Made by a program: the position numbers and the translations under genes. The notes beneath the pieces were generated by a model that saw only the letters and a program-made list of their open reading frames with translations, ran no database searches and was not told the origin of the DNA. Below are positions 40,295-49,668 of a stretch of 64,000 nt of DNA, in pieces; the first letter of the stretch is position 1; every line of letters begins with the position of its first letter. This DNA comes from an uncultured delta proteobacterium (GTDB lineage Bacteria > Desulfobacterota > Syntrophobacteria > Syntrophobacterales > Syntrophobacteraceae), in assembly GCA_963712895.1 (NCBI GenBank), contig CAVQJR010000011.1, positions 4,588 to 68,587 on the forward strand. The letters run 5' to 3'.

Positions 40295-42142
40295 GTGTCA
40301 AAAGAGCAATATCCCCTGATAGATGATTCCGAATATCCCATCATCAATTCGTGCCGATTGGGAGTAGGAGTGGTACGACCATTTATCCGAATCTCTCAGA
40401 CGGCGTATCTCAAGTTTTACAAGGTAAATAGAAAAAGCCGGGCCCGCAAATTATACGGAAAATCCCGTTATACCTACGATGACTGGATAGCGGACCACGA
40501 CACCCTGGACGATGCGGCCAGGTCGGCCGTGCGACGTGCTATCGAATCAATGCCCGTGCATCCGGTTATCTCCGTGGTGATGCCCGTATATAATCCGCAG
40601 GTCGAGTTTTTGGAACACGCCGTGGAATCCGTTCGAAACCAGCTTTATCCTTACTGGGAGCTGTGCATTGCAGACGATGCGTCAACGCAGCCAGGGGCGG
40701 CGCGGGTCCTTCGCAAATACCAGCAATCGGATAAGCGCATCAAGGTCGTTTTTCGCCCGGTAAACGGCCACATATCCGAAGCATCCAATTCCGCCGCCGC
40801 CCTGGCCGGCGGCCGATACCTCGCCCTCCTCGACCAGGACGATGCCCTGGCCGAACATGCCCTTTTCCGGGTGGCGCTCGAAATTGTGAAGCACCCGGAT
40901 GCGAAACTCATTTTCTCCGATGAGGATAAAATCAATACGGAAGGGCGGCGCGGCGATCCTTACTTCAAATGCGAGTGGGACCCCGATCTTTTCTGCTCCA
41001 GCAATACGATTAATCATCTCGGAGTGTATGAAACCGCGATTTTTCGCGAACTGGGAGGGTTCCGCAAGGGTTTCGAAGGCTCGCAGGACTGGGACCTCGC
41101 CCTGCGGTTCATCGAACGCATAGGGCCTCGCCAAGTGCGCCACATACCCAGGGTGCTCTATCACTGGCGCATGCACCCAGATTCAATAAGCCTCAACGGC
41201 GATTGCAAGCCGTACGCTCAAAACTCCGCCGAGCGTGCAATCGACGAGCATTTCGCCCGGCTTGGGGTAGGGGCCAAAGCCGCTTCTCTTAAGATCGGGC
41301 ATCGGGTCCGCTATCTTCTTCCGGAGCCTCCGCCCCGGGTGAGCCTGATCGTGTCCGCAAAAAGCGGTTCGACTCTTCTTCTTAACTGCCTGCGAAGTCT
41401 TCTTGAAAAAACGGCCTACCCGGAATTCGAGATCCTGCTGGTAAGTAATCGCAGGGTCTCCGGGCGGGTGAGCCGCCTCGCCGGGGGGAAGGTTCGTGTT
41501 TTGCGCTTCCCGCGGTCCACGGGGGCGGGAGTCATGCTCAACCGGGCAGTCGACCAGGCAAACGGTACGGTTGTCGGTTTCATAGACAGCCGCTTGGAGG
41601 CGGTGAGCGGCAACTGGCTCGACGAGATGGCAAGCCACGCGTGCCGCCCCGAAGTGGGTGCGGTGGGCGGCCGGATACTTTATCTGAACGGCAAGATCTA
41701 CCGCGGCGGCATTATTCTGGGTCTCGATGGAAAATTCGCCGGGCATGCGCACAGAGGCAGACGGCCCCCGTGCTATTTCGGCCAGGGCTCGCTCATCCAG
41801 GGTTATACCGCCGTATCCGGTGCCTGCATGGTGGTTCGCAGGGAAGTGTTTTTACGGGCGGGGGGATTTAGCGAGGACCTTTCCGGCTACGGTGATGTGG
41901 ATTTATGCCTTCGGCTGCGCGAAGCCGGGCTTCGAAACATCTGGACCCCTTATGCCGAGTTTCGGTTCCTGGGCTTGGGCTGGAGATCCGGAGACACGGG
42001 AGATGAAAGTCGCATGAGGGATAAGTGGAGAGACCTTCCGGCTTGTGATCCTTCCTACAGTCCGAACCTTAGCCTCGATGGCGAAAGTTTTCAAATTGCC
42101 CGCAGGCCGCGAATCGAAGAAGTTGCGAGGGGCGATTCCTGA
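40295..42142 (+). CDS. Family 2 glycosyltransferase, two GT2-like halves
   Basis: ISVVMPVYNP...ADDAST...LLDQDDAL (DxD) in the first half. A second Rossmann-like half follows (VSLIVSAK...). The start is uncertain (GTG 40295 or GTG 40370). The listed start at 40172 lies inside the M repeat. Confidence 0.8.
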   Translation: MSKEQYPLIDDSEYPIINSCRLGVGVVRPFIRISQTAYLKFYKVNRKSRARKLYGKSRYTYDDWIADHDTLDDAARSAVRRAIESMPVHPVISVVMPVYNPQVEFLEHAVESVRNQLYPYWELCIADDASTQPGAARVLRKYQQSDKRIKVVFRPVNGHISEASNSAAALAGGRYLALLDQDDALAEHALFRVALEIVKHPDAKLIFSDEDKINTEGRRGDPYFKCEWDPDLFCSSNTINHLGVYETAIFRELGGFRKGFEGSQDWDLALRFIERIGPRQVRHIPRVLYHWRMHPDSISLNGDCKPYAQNSAERAIDEHFARLGVGAKAASLKIGHRVRYLLPEPPPRVSLIVSAKSGSTLLLNCLRSLLEKTAYPEFEILLVSNRRVSGRVSRLAGGKVRVLRFPRSTGAGVMLNRAVDQANGTVVGFIDSRLEAVSGNWLDEMASHACRPEVGAVGGRILYLNGKIYRGGIILGLDGKFAGHAHRGRRPPCYFGQGSLIQGYTAVSGACMVVRREVFLRAGGFSEDLSGYGDVDLCLRLREAGLRNIWTPYAEFRFLGLGWRSGDTGDESRMRDKWRDLPACDPSYSPNLSLDGESFQIARRPRIEEVARGDS

Positions 42143-42174
42143 TGCCGGGGCGGGCGCAAATGCTTTGATGCGAA

Positions 42175-42667
42175 GTTGCGTTCGGGAATGTATCGAGGAA
42201 TGCTTTTTAATAGTCGGGTAGCCGAGGGTAGTTGATCGCTTGATTGTTCGCTCCGATGCCCGGCCAAGCGCAGCCTGGCACAGCCCGGTGGAGGTCAGCG
42301 GCCCCACTATCCGGATTTCTGGGCGGAGATGACAGGGTCTCCCAGGTTCCTGGAGAACCCCAATGTATGCATGCACTGCTCTCTGACCCAGGCGGGACCT
42401 TGGTGTGATACCGTCTTGCACCAGGATGCTGCCTTCCGCCAATTAGACAGCGTCGGCTCCCACGACTGGAACGATTTCGGGGCTCAATCACACGGCCTGC
42501 ATACTCCCTGTGTACGCTTCGCAGGGTGGATTACCTCACCACCACGCAACACTCGGTTCCGGCTGTCGGCACACTTGGCCGGGCGGGGTTGAATACCCGC
42601 AGGGTTCCAATGAGAAATTTCGGAGATATGCACCTCCTCCCAATCTCCCAGGCTTGGCCTGGCGCAC
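42175..42667 (-). mobile_element. Possible second group II intron 5' fragment; 3' limit approximate
   Basis: The minus strand reads GTGCGCCAGGCCAAGCCTGGGAG...GGTGAGGTAATCCACC...GAGCCCCGAAATCG...GGGAGCCGAC, which resembles domain I of a class different from 26488-26940. I recognised no RT ORF and no domain V. Confidence 0.4.
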
Positions 42668-42670
42668 CTA

Positions 42671-42802
42671 ATTTTCGTTCAAGATAGCCAATACCGATGG
42701 GTTACGCTCCGCTTCACCCATACTACATCCTTTCCCAGACCTGAGTTAAGCGATGGGTGAAGCGGAGCGTAACCCATCACGTTAATCTTGAACACAACTT
42801 GG
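42671..42802 (+). repeat. H-family MITE (TA-flanked, 26-bp perfect internal hairpin)
   Basis: Near-identical to 38563-38699. TA at 42669-42670 and 42803-42804. The stem pairs 42696-42721 with 42753-42778. The phaC stop codon follows immediately. Confidence 0.85.
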
Positions 42803-42804
42803 TA

Positions 42805-44004
42805 TCAGGCCTGTTTCGTAAGGACCGTGTCCACTTTTGCGGGACGGGGGTGGCGGACATTGATCTTTCCGGCCGACGGGGCCTTGGTGGAAATACGGGG
42901 GACCCTGGCGCTCACCGGCTCGGGCTCGTCCCTTTCTTTCAGCCATCGTGCAATCTTGGGAATCAATTCGTTCTGGCACCTCGAACTGACGTAAATACCG
43001 ATATGGCCGGTGTTCATGCAAAGGTTTTCGGTGTCCTTGCTGCCCAGCTTTCCGATCAGGGGCTCGCATGCCTCGGGAGGGACCAGGTGGTCGTGCTTGC
43101 CGTAGATATTCAGCACCGGCATGGTGATCTTCGCCAGGTCCACGCGCTGCCCGTCCAGTTCCATTTTGCTCTGGATCAGCAAATTTTTCTGATAGCAGTC
43201 CTCGACGAACTGGCGGATCGTCTCCCCCGGGACATCGGGGCTGTCGAAGATCCACTTCTCCATGCGGATGAAGTTTTCGATGAATTCCTTCTTGTCGATA
43301 TTTTCAAAGTAGCCCACGTACTTGTCGATTACCAGCCGGGCGGGGTTTAAGAGCAGGAAGCCGACGTTTAGCAGGTCTCCGGGCACATTGCCGTAGGCGT
43401 CCACTATCCGTCCCAGGTTGAGTTCCCTGGTCCAGATGTGCAGAAGGCCCTTGCTGGTTTCGAAATTGCTCGGGGTGACGGTGGTGATCAGGTTTTTGAC
43501 TTTCTCGGGGTGCAGGGCCGAGTACATGACGGAAAAAGTCCCGCCCATGCAAACGCCCATCAGGTTGATTTTGGGCACTTTGCACCGCCGGCGGATAAAA
43601 TCGATCACGTTGTCCATATATCCATTAACGTGGTCTGAAATCGTAAGGTAGCGGTCCTTGCGGGTGGGATAACCCCAGTCGATCATGTACAGATCGATGC
43701 CTTCCTTCAGCAGGTTCTGCACGACGCTTCTTCCCGGCTGAAGGTCAAGCATGGTTTCGCGGTTTATCAGCGCGTAGACGACCAGGAGGGGCGTTCGGAC
43801 CGTTTTTTTGGGCGCAGTCGGCTTGTAGTACTTGAGCTTTATGCGGTCTTCCTGGTAGACGACCTCGTGGGGCGTGGTCGCGATATCCGTATCGAGCGGG
43901 TTCAGCAGCACTTCCTTGGACTTGAGGATCCGCTCACGTGATTTCTCAAGGGCCTCGACCAGGCTCCTGAGCATGCCGCTTGAGGAACTACCGTTAGCGT
44001 TCAT
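42805..44004 (-). CDS. phaC: Class III poly(R)-hydroxyalkanoate synthase subunit PhaC
   Basis: Lipase-box GVCMGG, an alpha/beta-hydrolase body of class III size, and an ATGA overlap with the upstream gene. Confidence 0.9.
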   Translation of the reverse strand: MNANGSSSSGMLRSLVEALEKSRERILKSKEVLLNPLDTDIATTPHEVVYQEDRIKLKYYKPTAPKKTVRTPLLVVYALINRETMLDLQPGRSVVQNLLKEGIDLYMIDWGYPTRKDRYLTISDHVNGYMDNVIDFIRRRCKVPKINLMGVCMGGTFSVMYSALHPEKVKNLITTVTPSNFETSKGLLHIWTRELNLGRIVDAYGNVPGDLLNVGFLLLNPARLVIDKYVGYFENIDKKEFIENFIRMEKWIFDSPDVPGETIRQFVEDCYQKNLLIQSKMELDGQRVDLAKITMPVLNIYGKHDHLVPPEACEPLIGKLGSKDTENLCMNTGHIGIYVSSRCQNELIPKIARWLKERDEPEPVSARVPRISTKAPSAGKINVRHPRPAKVDTVLTKQA

Positions 44005-44870
44005 TGCAGTACCTGCTCCTGATTGCTGAGTTTTTTCGCCAGTTCTTTTACCATCTTCTTAAGGGTATAGAGTTCCTTGTAAACTTCATCCATATCCCGG
44101 TTGGTGGGGATCGGAAGGAACTGCAGAAAATCCATCATGATTTCGTCCTTGGACATCCTGAAGCTGGAAGCCTCGTCCACCAGGCGGCAAAGCGTCCAGT
44201 TCCATTCAGGCGACTGGAAAAGCTGCATGTAGTGGCCCTCCAGGACCTGGATCCAGTAGGAGTAATATTCTTTCAAGTCACCGGAGTGCTTTTCCTTTTT
44301 GTCCTTCTCAAGCCTTGCCCGCACTTCCTGTAGCGATTTTTCCAGGGGCAGGCAGAGCAGGTTCTGGAACGCACCCATCGCCCCCTGGTAGGAGGCGAAC
44401 TGGTCGACAAGCCTGTTCATTTTCTCCTGGTAAAACCGCGTGAGCCCCACCTGGGGGACCCTCAAAAGCGGCTGGATTTCCTTCTGGTGGAAATCGACCC
44501 AGGCCTGGAACATGTCCTGCCTGGCCTTGACAAAGCCGAAGCCCCCGTCCTTATTATCCTGGCTCATTCCAAAAGAACCCATCAAGTCCTGGAACTGCAG
44601 GCACCCGTCGAAAAACGACCGTCCCACGGCGGCGGAGACTTCGGCGAAAGCGGCGTAGCTTCCCATCTCCTGCATGGCCTCATTGTTCATGAATTTCGAC
44701 CACAGGGCGTTCCAACCGCCGAACGGCCCTTCCTCCGCCTGCCTGCTGGCGGATTGAGTAAACATTGCCTGCCAGCCGGAAGCCGCGGATTGCCAGAAGT
44801 TCAACATCGACTTGCTCCAATCGGCCCACATGGAGTTGAGATCCACACCCTGCTCGCGATTTTCATCCAT
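44001..44870 (-). CDS. phaE: Probable PHA synthase subunit PhaE
   Basis: It is translationally coupled directly upstream of the class III phaC. The size and the Trp/Gln-rich N-terminus fit PhaE. The call rests mainly on context. Confidence 0.65.
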   Translation of the reverse strand: MDENREQGVDLNSMWADWSKSMLNFWQSAASGWQAMFTQSASRQAEEGPFGGWNALWSKFMNNEAMQEMGSYAAFAEVSAAVGRSFFDGCLQFQDLMGSFGMSQDNKDGGFGFVKARQDMFQAWVDFHQKEIQPLLRVPQVGLTRFYQEKMNRLVDQFASYQGAMGAFQNLLCLPLEKSLQEVRARLEKDKKEKHSGDLKEYYSYWIQVLEGHYMQLFQSPEWNWTLCRLVDEASSFRMSKDEIMMDFLQFLPIPTNRDMDEVYKELYTLKKMVKELAKKLSNQEQVLQ

Positions 44871-45563
44871 TGGCTGCCTCTACTCATTGCGAAAGGTTTA
44901 ACAAGCGTTGTGAGTCAGAACGTCGGTTCCGAGAAGACCCTCGAAAAGCGTGGAGAACACGGTCCCCACCCTGAGCCTGATGGCTCGCCGCACCAGCGGC
45001 AAAAGCGCTCGGGTCAGCGCATCACGGAAATGATAGCCTGCTGAGCTTGGGGCAACTATCCGGGCATAAATTCGACGGCTTATAAACGGAAAATCTCAGC
45101 AAAGAGACTGAAGAACCACCTGTGCGTGATGATCGGCAGTAAAAACCCTCCGCAAATCCAACGGATGTCGGCTGCGTGAACCGCAGGATCAAACGTGCAA
45201 CAGTCGTATGAATGTGTAATGCTTTTCCGAAAAAAACACTAATCGGCAAAGGCTGTATTTTCATCCTGCTCCGGCTGTATTTTCTTAGTACATGGAGGCG
45301 GTCGATATCAGGTCCGCCCGACGGCACATGACTCTTGGGAAAAATGGCCTGTTCGGCGTCGATGTATTTGGGCAAGGCAGGGATTTCGGCCGTCCGCGCT
45401 CTCGCGTGCGGCGAAACCTGGGGAGGAGCGCGGGGGAATCATTCCCTCGCGCTGTTTGAAATCATCCGGCCGTTTGGCGGCTGATCCGGAACTCGGCACG
45501 CGCTCCCAACGCACTCAACGCAGCCCGACAAAGGATCATGCGGGGACTTGCCCTCTTTGCAGG

Positions 45564-46118
45564 CTACACCCTCAGAATGCCGATCACCTTTTCGGAAATG
45601 TCCCGCAGATCGGCTTCATTCGGCCTGCCGACGATGTTTCCCATGCGCCCGGGCAAAGAGAGGTGATTAAGCTTTCCATGAAACTCACCCACTACGTACC
45701 ATTCACTCATTATTTCGTAGCCGAGGTGGTCAAAGAGCTGCCCCATGTACTTTACCGCCGGCACAGCCTCGTTTATTCCCGTATGGCCGCCGCCAAACGA
45801 GCAGTAAATGACCGCTTTTTTGCCCGGACGCCTGGGCGATGCAGGTTTGATCTCTCCCTCACGGACATATTTTTCACGAAGCCGGCTCAAAACCGCCATC
45901 ATCGCCTTTCCGGGCAGCCACGCATAAACCCCCGATCCGGCAAAGACCATATCATAGGCTAGAACGTCCGGTTCGAAATCGTCGGAGGCGACCTTGACGC
46001 TGTCAACCTCATGGCCCAGCTCTCGAAGGGTCTTTTCAATCTGTTTTGCGATTTTTTCCGTATTCCCGGTTCCAGTGAAATAGAGATTGAGGATCTTCAA
46101 TAGCTCTTCTCCTTTCAT
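45564..46118 (-). CDS. Flavodoxin-family protein
   Basis: LYFTGTGNTEKIA FMN-phosphate loop, ~184 aa. Confidence 0.8.
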   Translation of the reverse strand: MKGEELLKILNLYFTGTGNTEKIAKQIEKTLRELGHEVDSVKVASDDFEPDVLAYDMVFAGSGVYAWLPGKAMMAVLSRLREKYVREGEIKPASPRRPGKKAVIYCSFGGGHTGINEAVPAVKYMGQLFDHLGYEIMSEWYVVGEFHGKLNHLSLPGRMGNIVGRPNEADLRDISEKVIGILRV

Positions 46119-46381
46119 GTACGTTCCTGAAAACGCTCGTAAGTGACCAGAATCATTCTAGACATATTGCCATAGTCGATTGAGCGACGTCCTGCAGCAG
46201 GTAAACAACCAGATTAGAATTTCAGGTTGGCTTGAATACGGTCGAGTTCGTATCCAAGTAAAGGATTTAAAGCCGGAACCTGAGGGACCGGCGAAGACAC
46301 GGGAAGCCGCCCGTTGGTTCCCCGGCCGGAGCTTGGGAGCCGGCGGCACATCCAGCATCCGGCATGCGGTATCCAGAACTC

Positions 46382-47722
46382 CTATAATTCGGCGGCGGGC
46401 TTGGTCCAGGCTGGAGTTTCCAGTTCCTTTTCTTCCTTCTCGAACTGTGCCTCTTCCGTCGAGCCTTTCATGGCGGCGGTGGAAAAGTTCTCGCCGTTGA
46501 TGGTCTGGGCCACCCGGTCAAAGTATCCCGCACCGACGAAAGCCTGGTGTTTGACGGCCCGGTAGCCTTCCTTTTCGGACTCGAATTCCTTTTCCTGGAG
46601 CCGGGAGTAGGCGGTCATTCCTTCCTTTTGGTAGCCCTGGGCAAGCTCGAACATCCCCATGTTGAGCGAGTGCCATCCCGCCAGGGTCACGAACTGGAAC
46701 TTGTACCCGAACTTGCCGAGTTCTTTCTGGAAACTTTTGATCGTAGCCTGGTCGAGCCTTTTCCAGTTAAACGAGGGGGAACAGTTGTAGGCAAGCAGCT
46801 TGCCCGGGAATGCCGCATGGACCGCTTCGGCGAATCTGCGGGCCTCGTCCAGGTTGGGCTCCGCGGTCTCGCACCACAGCATGTCCGCATACGGGGCGTA
46901 GGAAATTGCCCGCGCTATCGCTGATTCGAGCCCGCTTCGAACGGCATGGAAGCCCTCGACCGTCCTTTTGCCGGTCAGGAACGGACGGTCCCTTTCGTCC
47001 ACGTCGCTGGTGAGAAGGGCGGCGGAGTTGGCATCCGTTCTGGCCACGATCAGCACCGGAACTCCGCAGACGTCCGCGGCCAGCCTTGCGGCAACGAGCT
47101 TTTGAACGGCCTCGGAGGTGGGCACCAGCACCTTGCCGCCCATGTGGCCGCATTTTTTGGCCGAGGAGAGCTGGTCTTCGAAGTGTACGGCGGCCGCACC
47201 CGCTTCGATCATGGCTTTCATCAGCTCGAAGGCGTTGAGCGGCCCCCCGAAACCGGCCTCGGCGTCGGCCAGTATGGGGGAGAACCAGTGTATGCCGTTT
47301 GCGCCCTCCATGTGGCTTATCTGGTCCGCCCGCATCAAGGCGTTGTTGATCCTTCTAACCAGGTTCGGCACACTGTCCACCGGGTAAAGACTCTGGTCGG
47401 GATAGGTGTGTCCTATGCTGTTGTTGTCGGCCGCAACCTGCCAGCCGCTGACGTATATGGCTTTCAGCCCCGCCTGCACCTGCTGCACGGCCTGCGTGCC
47501 GGACAGGGCACCGAGGGCCGCGATAAAGGGTTCGTTTTTGAGCAGGTACCAGAGCCGGCGGGCGCCGTGGTCCGCCAGGGTGTACTCGATGCGCAACGTG
47601 CCGCGAAGCCGTTGAACGTCCTTTATGGTGTAGGGGCGCTCGATTCCTTTCCAGCGCTCGTCCCGGCCCCACTGGGCAGGCTCGGTGATTTCTTCGTCTG
47701 TGATCATGTCTTGTTCCTCCAA
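46382..47722 (-). CDS. aceA: Isocitrate lyase
   Basis: KKCGHMGGK signature, SGWQVAAD, and a full-length ICL body with a short C-terminal extension. Confidence 0.95.
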   Translation of the reverse strand: MEEQDMITDEEITEPAQWGRDERWKGIERPYTIKDVQRLRGTLRIEYTLADHGARRLWYLLKNEPFIAALGALSGTQAVQQVQAGLKAIYVSGWQVAADNNSIGHTYPDQSLYPVDSVPNLVRRINNALMRADQISHMEGANGIHWFSPILADAEAGFGGPLNAFELMKAMIEAGAAAVHFEDQLSSAKKCGHMGGKVLVPTSEAVQKLVAARLAADVCGVPVLIVARTDANSAALLTSDVDERDRPFLTGKRTVEGFHAVRSGLESAIARAISYAPYADMLWCETAEPNLDEARRFAEAVHAAFPGKLLAYNCSPSFNWKRLDQATIKSFQKELGKFGYKFQFVTLAGWHSLNMGMFELAQGYQKEGMTAYSRLQEKEFESEKEGYRAVKHQAFVGAGYFDRVAQTINGENFSTAAMKGSTEEAQFEKEEKELETPAWTKPAAEL

Positions 47723-48176
47723 ACCGCACCGCCGTGCGGAGAAATTTCAAGTTACGCAAAATTGCCTTTTCCGATAAGCACCGTGTCCACGCACCACCGG
47801 GTCGAACCGGTGGTGCGTGATCATGTCCTCGCTGATTCGCCTGGCTTGCCTGTATTTTTCAGGAGAATCGCTTTGACGCCCGTTCGTTAAGAGGCCTGAA
47901 CCGGGCCTGAGATTTTCACTGAACGCACTCTCCGCCTATCCGAAAACGACTTTCAGGCGGGAACAATTCATATGGGGAAAATTATGCCCGGTGGCAACCT
48001 TTTGCAATGGGGTGGAACAAACTCGGAGGATTTTCGCGTTACGCCGCTTCGCAAGTACAATATCGCGGAGGTTTTTCACCGTGCCCGGTTCATACCGTAT
48101 TTTCAAATCCATGAAATAATACGGTTTTCCCAATTGATGGAAAATTGGAACAATCCAATCCGACATGACATTTTTT

Positions 48177-48497
48177 ACGTAAATGTGCGGGAGGAGTTCC
48201 CAAATCGTCATTCCCGCAGCGCTTTTAGGAGGGAACCCGGTGTCTTTGTGGTTTAATTATTGCTTCTCTTGCTCCCGGCGGGAGTGGGGAAACGGGAAAA
48301 AGACACCGGCCCCCCGGACCCGGAAGCACTGCCGGGGTAACGCCAAGGGGCGGGTCCGCATGAGGTTGCGTCAAAATACATGAACTTCGCGTAAGTGGGG
48401 GATGTTCCCAAATCGTCATTCCGGCAACGCTTTTGGGAGGGAACCCGGCGTCTTTGCGGTTTAATTATTGCTCTCTTGCTCCCGGCAGGGGTGGGGG
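48177..48497 (+). repeat. P-family repeats, about 1.6 tandem units
   Basis: One unit runs 48177-48360 and a second unit, 3'-truncated, runs 48361-48497. Both align with 31668-31873. Confidence 0.85.
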
Positions 48498-48623
48498 CCG
48501 GTTCCACGCTGCTGCAATTACCTTATGTTGCCCGGCAAATTACCGCGCATCCCCCATTGCCCCTGAAACTGAAAATGTCCAGAATGGGTTGCAAGTATTT
48601 CTTTTTTCCAGGGGGGGAGATCG

Positions 48624-48782
48624 ATGGAATTCCTGCTCGGCTTGTTTATCGGAGGTCTTGTCGGTGTGTTTATAATGAATGTGTGCCTGGACATGCCCGA
48701 AAGCGGCAAAGCTTTCGAATCTTTGCCGAAGCTTCCGGGATGGGATCCGAAGCCGATGGCCCCGGACCACCGGAGCACATAG
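48624..48782 (+). CDS. Possible 52-aa single-TM peptide
   Basis: GGGGGAG lies 5 nt before the ATG. MEFLLGLFIGGLVGVFIMNVC is a hydrophobic helix. It is below the ORF-track size cutoff and has no homology support. Confidence 0.3.
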   Translation: MEFLLGLFIGGLVGVFIMNVCLDMPESGKAFESLPKLPGWDPKPMAPDHRST

Positions 48783-49027
48783 ACAGGCTGGTCCCGCCGG
48801 GCGAGGCCCCCTCCCGGTGGCCGCGTACGCCGAACTTTGCATGCCGCAATCGAGCGGCGAGAGCATATCCACGTATCCAATACTACGGTGTTTGCCCTAT
48901 TTTCCCGCCTGCACGACAGTAACTATCCTGCCCGCTCATTTAGAGTAACGTCATATATGTATTTATAATCCGCCCTCCGCACCCGGCGGGCTTTTTCTCG
49001 TTTCCACGCGGGAGCACGGACAAGCCT

Positions 49028-49390
49028 TTATTCATCCTGCTGTGGAGATTGCTCGGGCGCCTTGCCTTCCGCGGGATTTTGCAGGACAAACTGAAAAAGT
49101 ATCCTAATCTCATCAAATGCCCGGCTCATGGCGGTTGCCGCCTGGAGCGAGGTTTCCCTTTCTTTTCCTTCGAACAATCCGGGTGTTGAAAAAAGCGCGA
49201 CCTGGGCCGATCTGAACCTGTCGGTGGAACGTTCGGCAAGGGCCCTCAGCTGCAGGAAAACCTTCTCCGGCGGGCTTTCGGAAACCAGCTTTTCCAGTTC
49301 GTTGTATTTTTGTTCGTATTCTCTGGCCAATTGTCCTATAATCCGAAGGTGCGGGGAATGATCATTCACAGAGGGAGTCTCCTTTTGCAT
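49028..49390 (-). CDS. Hypothetical helical protein
   Basis: The ORF has plausible composition. An alternative GTG start at 49369 is preceded by AAGGAG. No family recognised. Confidence 0.5.
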   Translation of the reverse strand: MQKETPSVNDHSPHLRIIGQLAREYEQKYNELEKLVSESPPEKVFLQLRALAERSTDRFRSAQVALFSTPGLFEGKERETSLQAATAMSRAFDEIRILFQFVLQNPAEGKAPEQSPQQDE

Positions 49391-49668
49391 CTTTTATGTA
49401 TTATATAGTTATATCCCACCCTATTGGTGCGATATAATTCAGAAACCGGGGATAGCCGTTTGCTTTTGCGCTGCGACGATAAACCTGTCGCTTAGAATTC
49501 ACCAATTCTTAAGGATGGTGCTTAATGTCGGCAGAACCGGCCCGTGTTTCCGGGCGGGGTATCTGCGCGCACAGCAAAAGGGTGAACCCCTTTCCCCGAT
49601 TCGTCCATACAGTCTGGAAAGACAGCTGAATCTCTTTATACTCCCGATTCGGTCAAAGGTCCTCATGA

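Noticed and set aside
41903-42592. ORFs 41903..42442, 42207..42491 and 42329..42592
   Set aside because: They lie in the putative second intron fragment or overlap the GT2 3' end. Their composition is poor and they overlap each other.
38563-42802. H-family hairpin elements as integron attC sites delimiting gene cassettes
   Set aside because: The stems are perfect and lack the extrahelical bases typical of attC. The ends are IS630-like TIRs with TA duplications rather than RYYYAAC/GTTRRRY. The spacing is 4 kb with several genes, and no intI is present.
47992-48006. Sigma-54-like TGGCA-ACCTT-TTGCA element
   Set aside because: The GG to GC spacing is one base shorter than the invariant -24/-12 spacing, and no gene lies downstream in that orientation.
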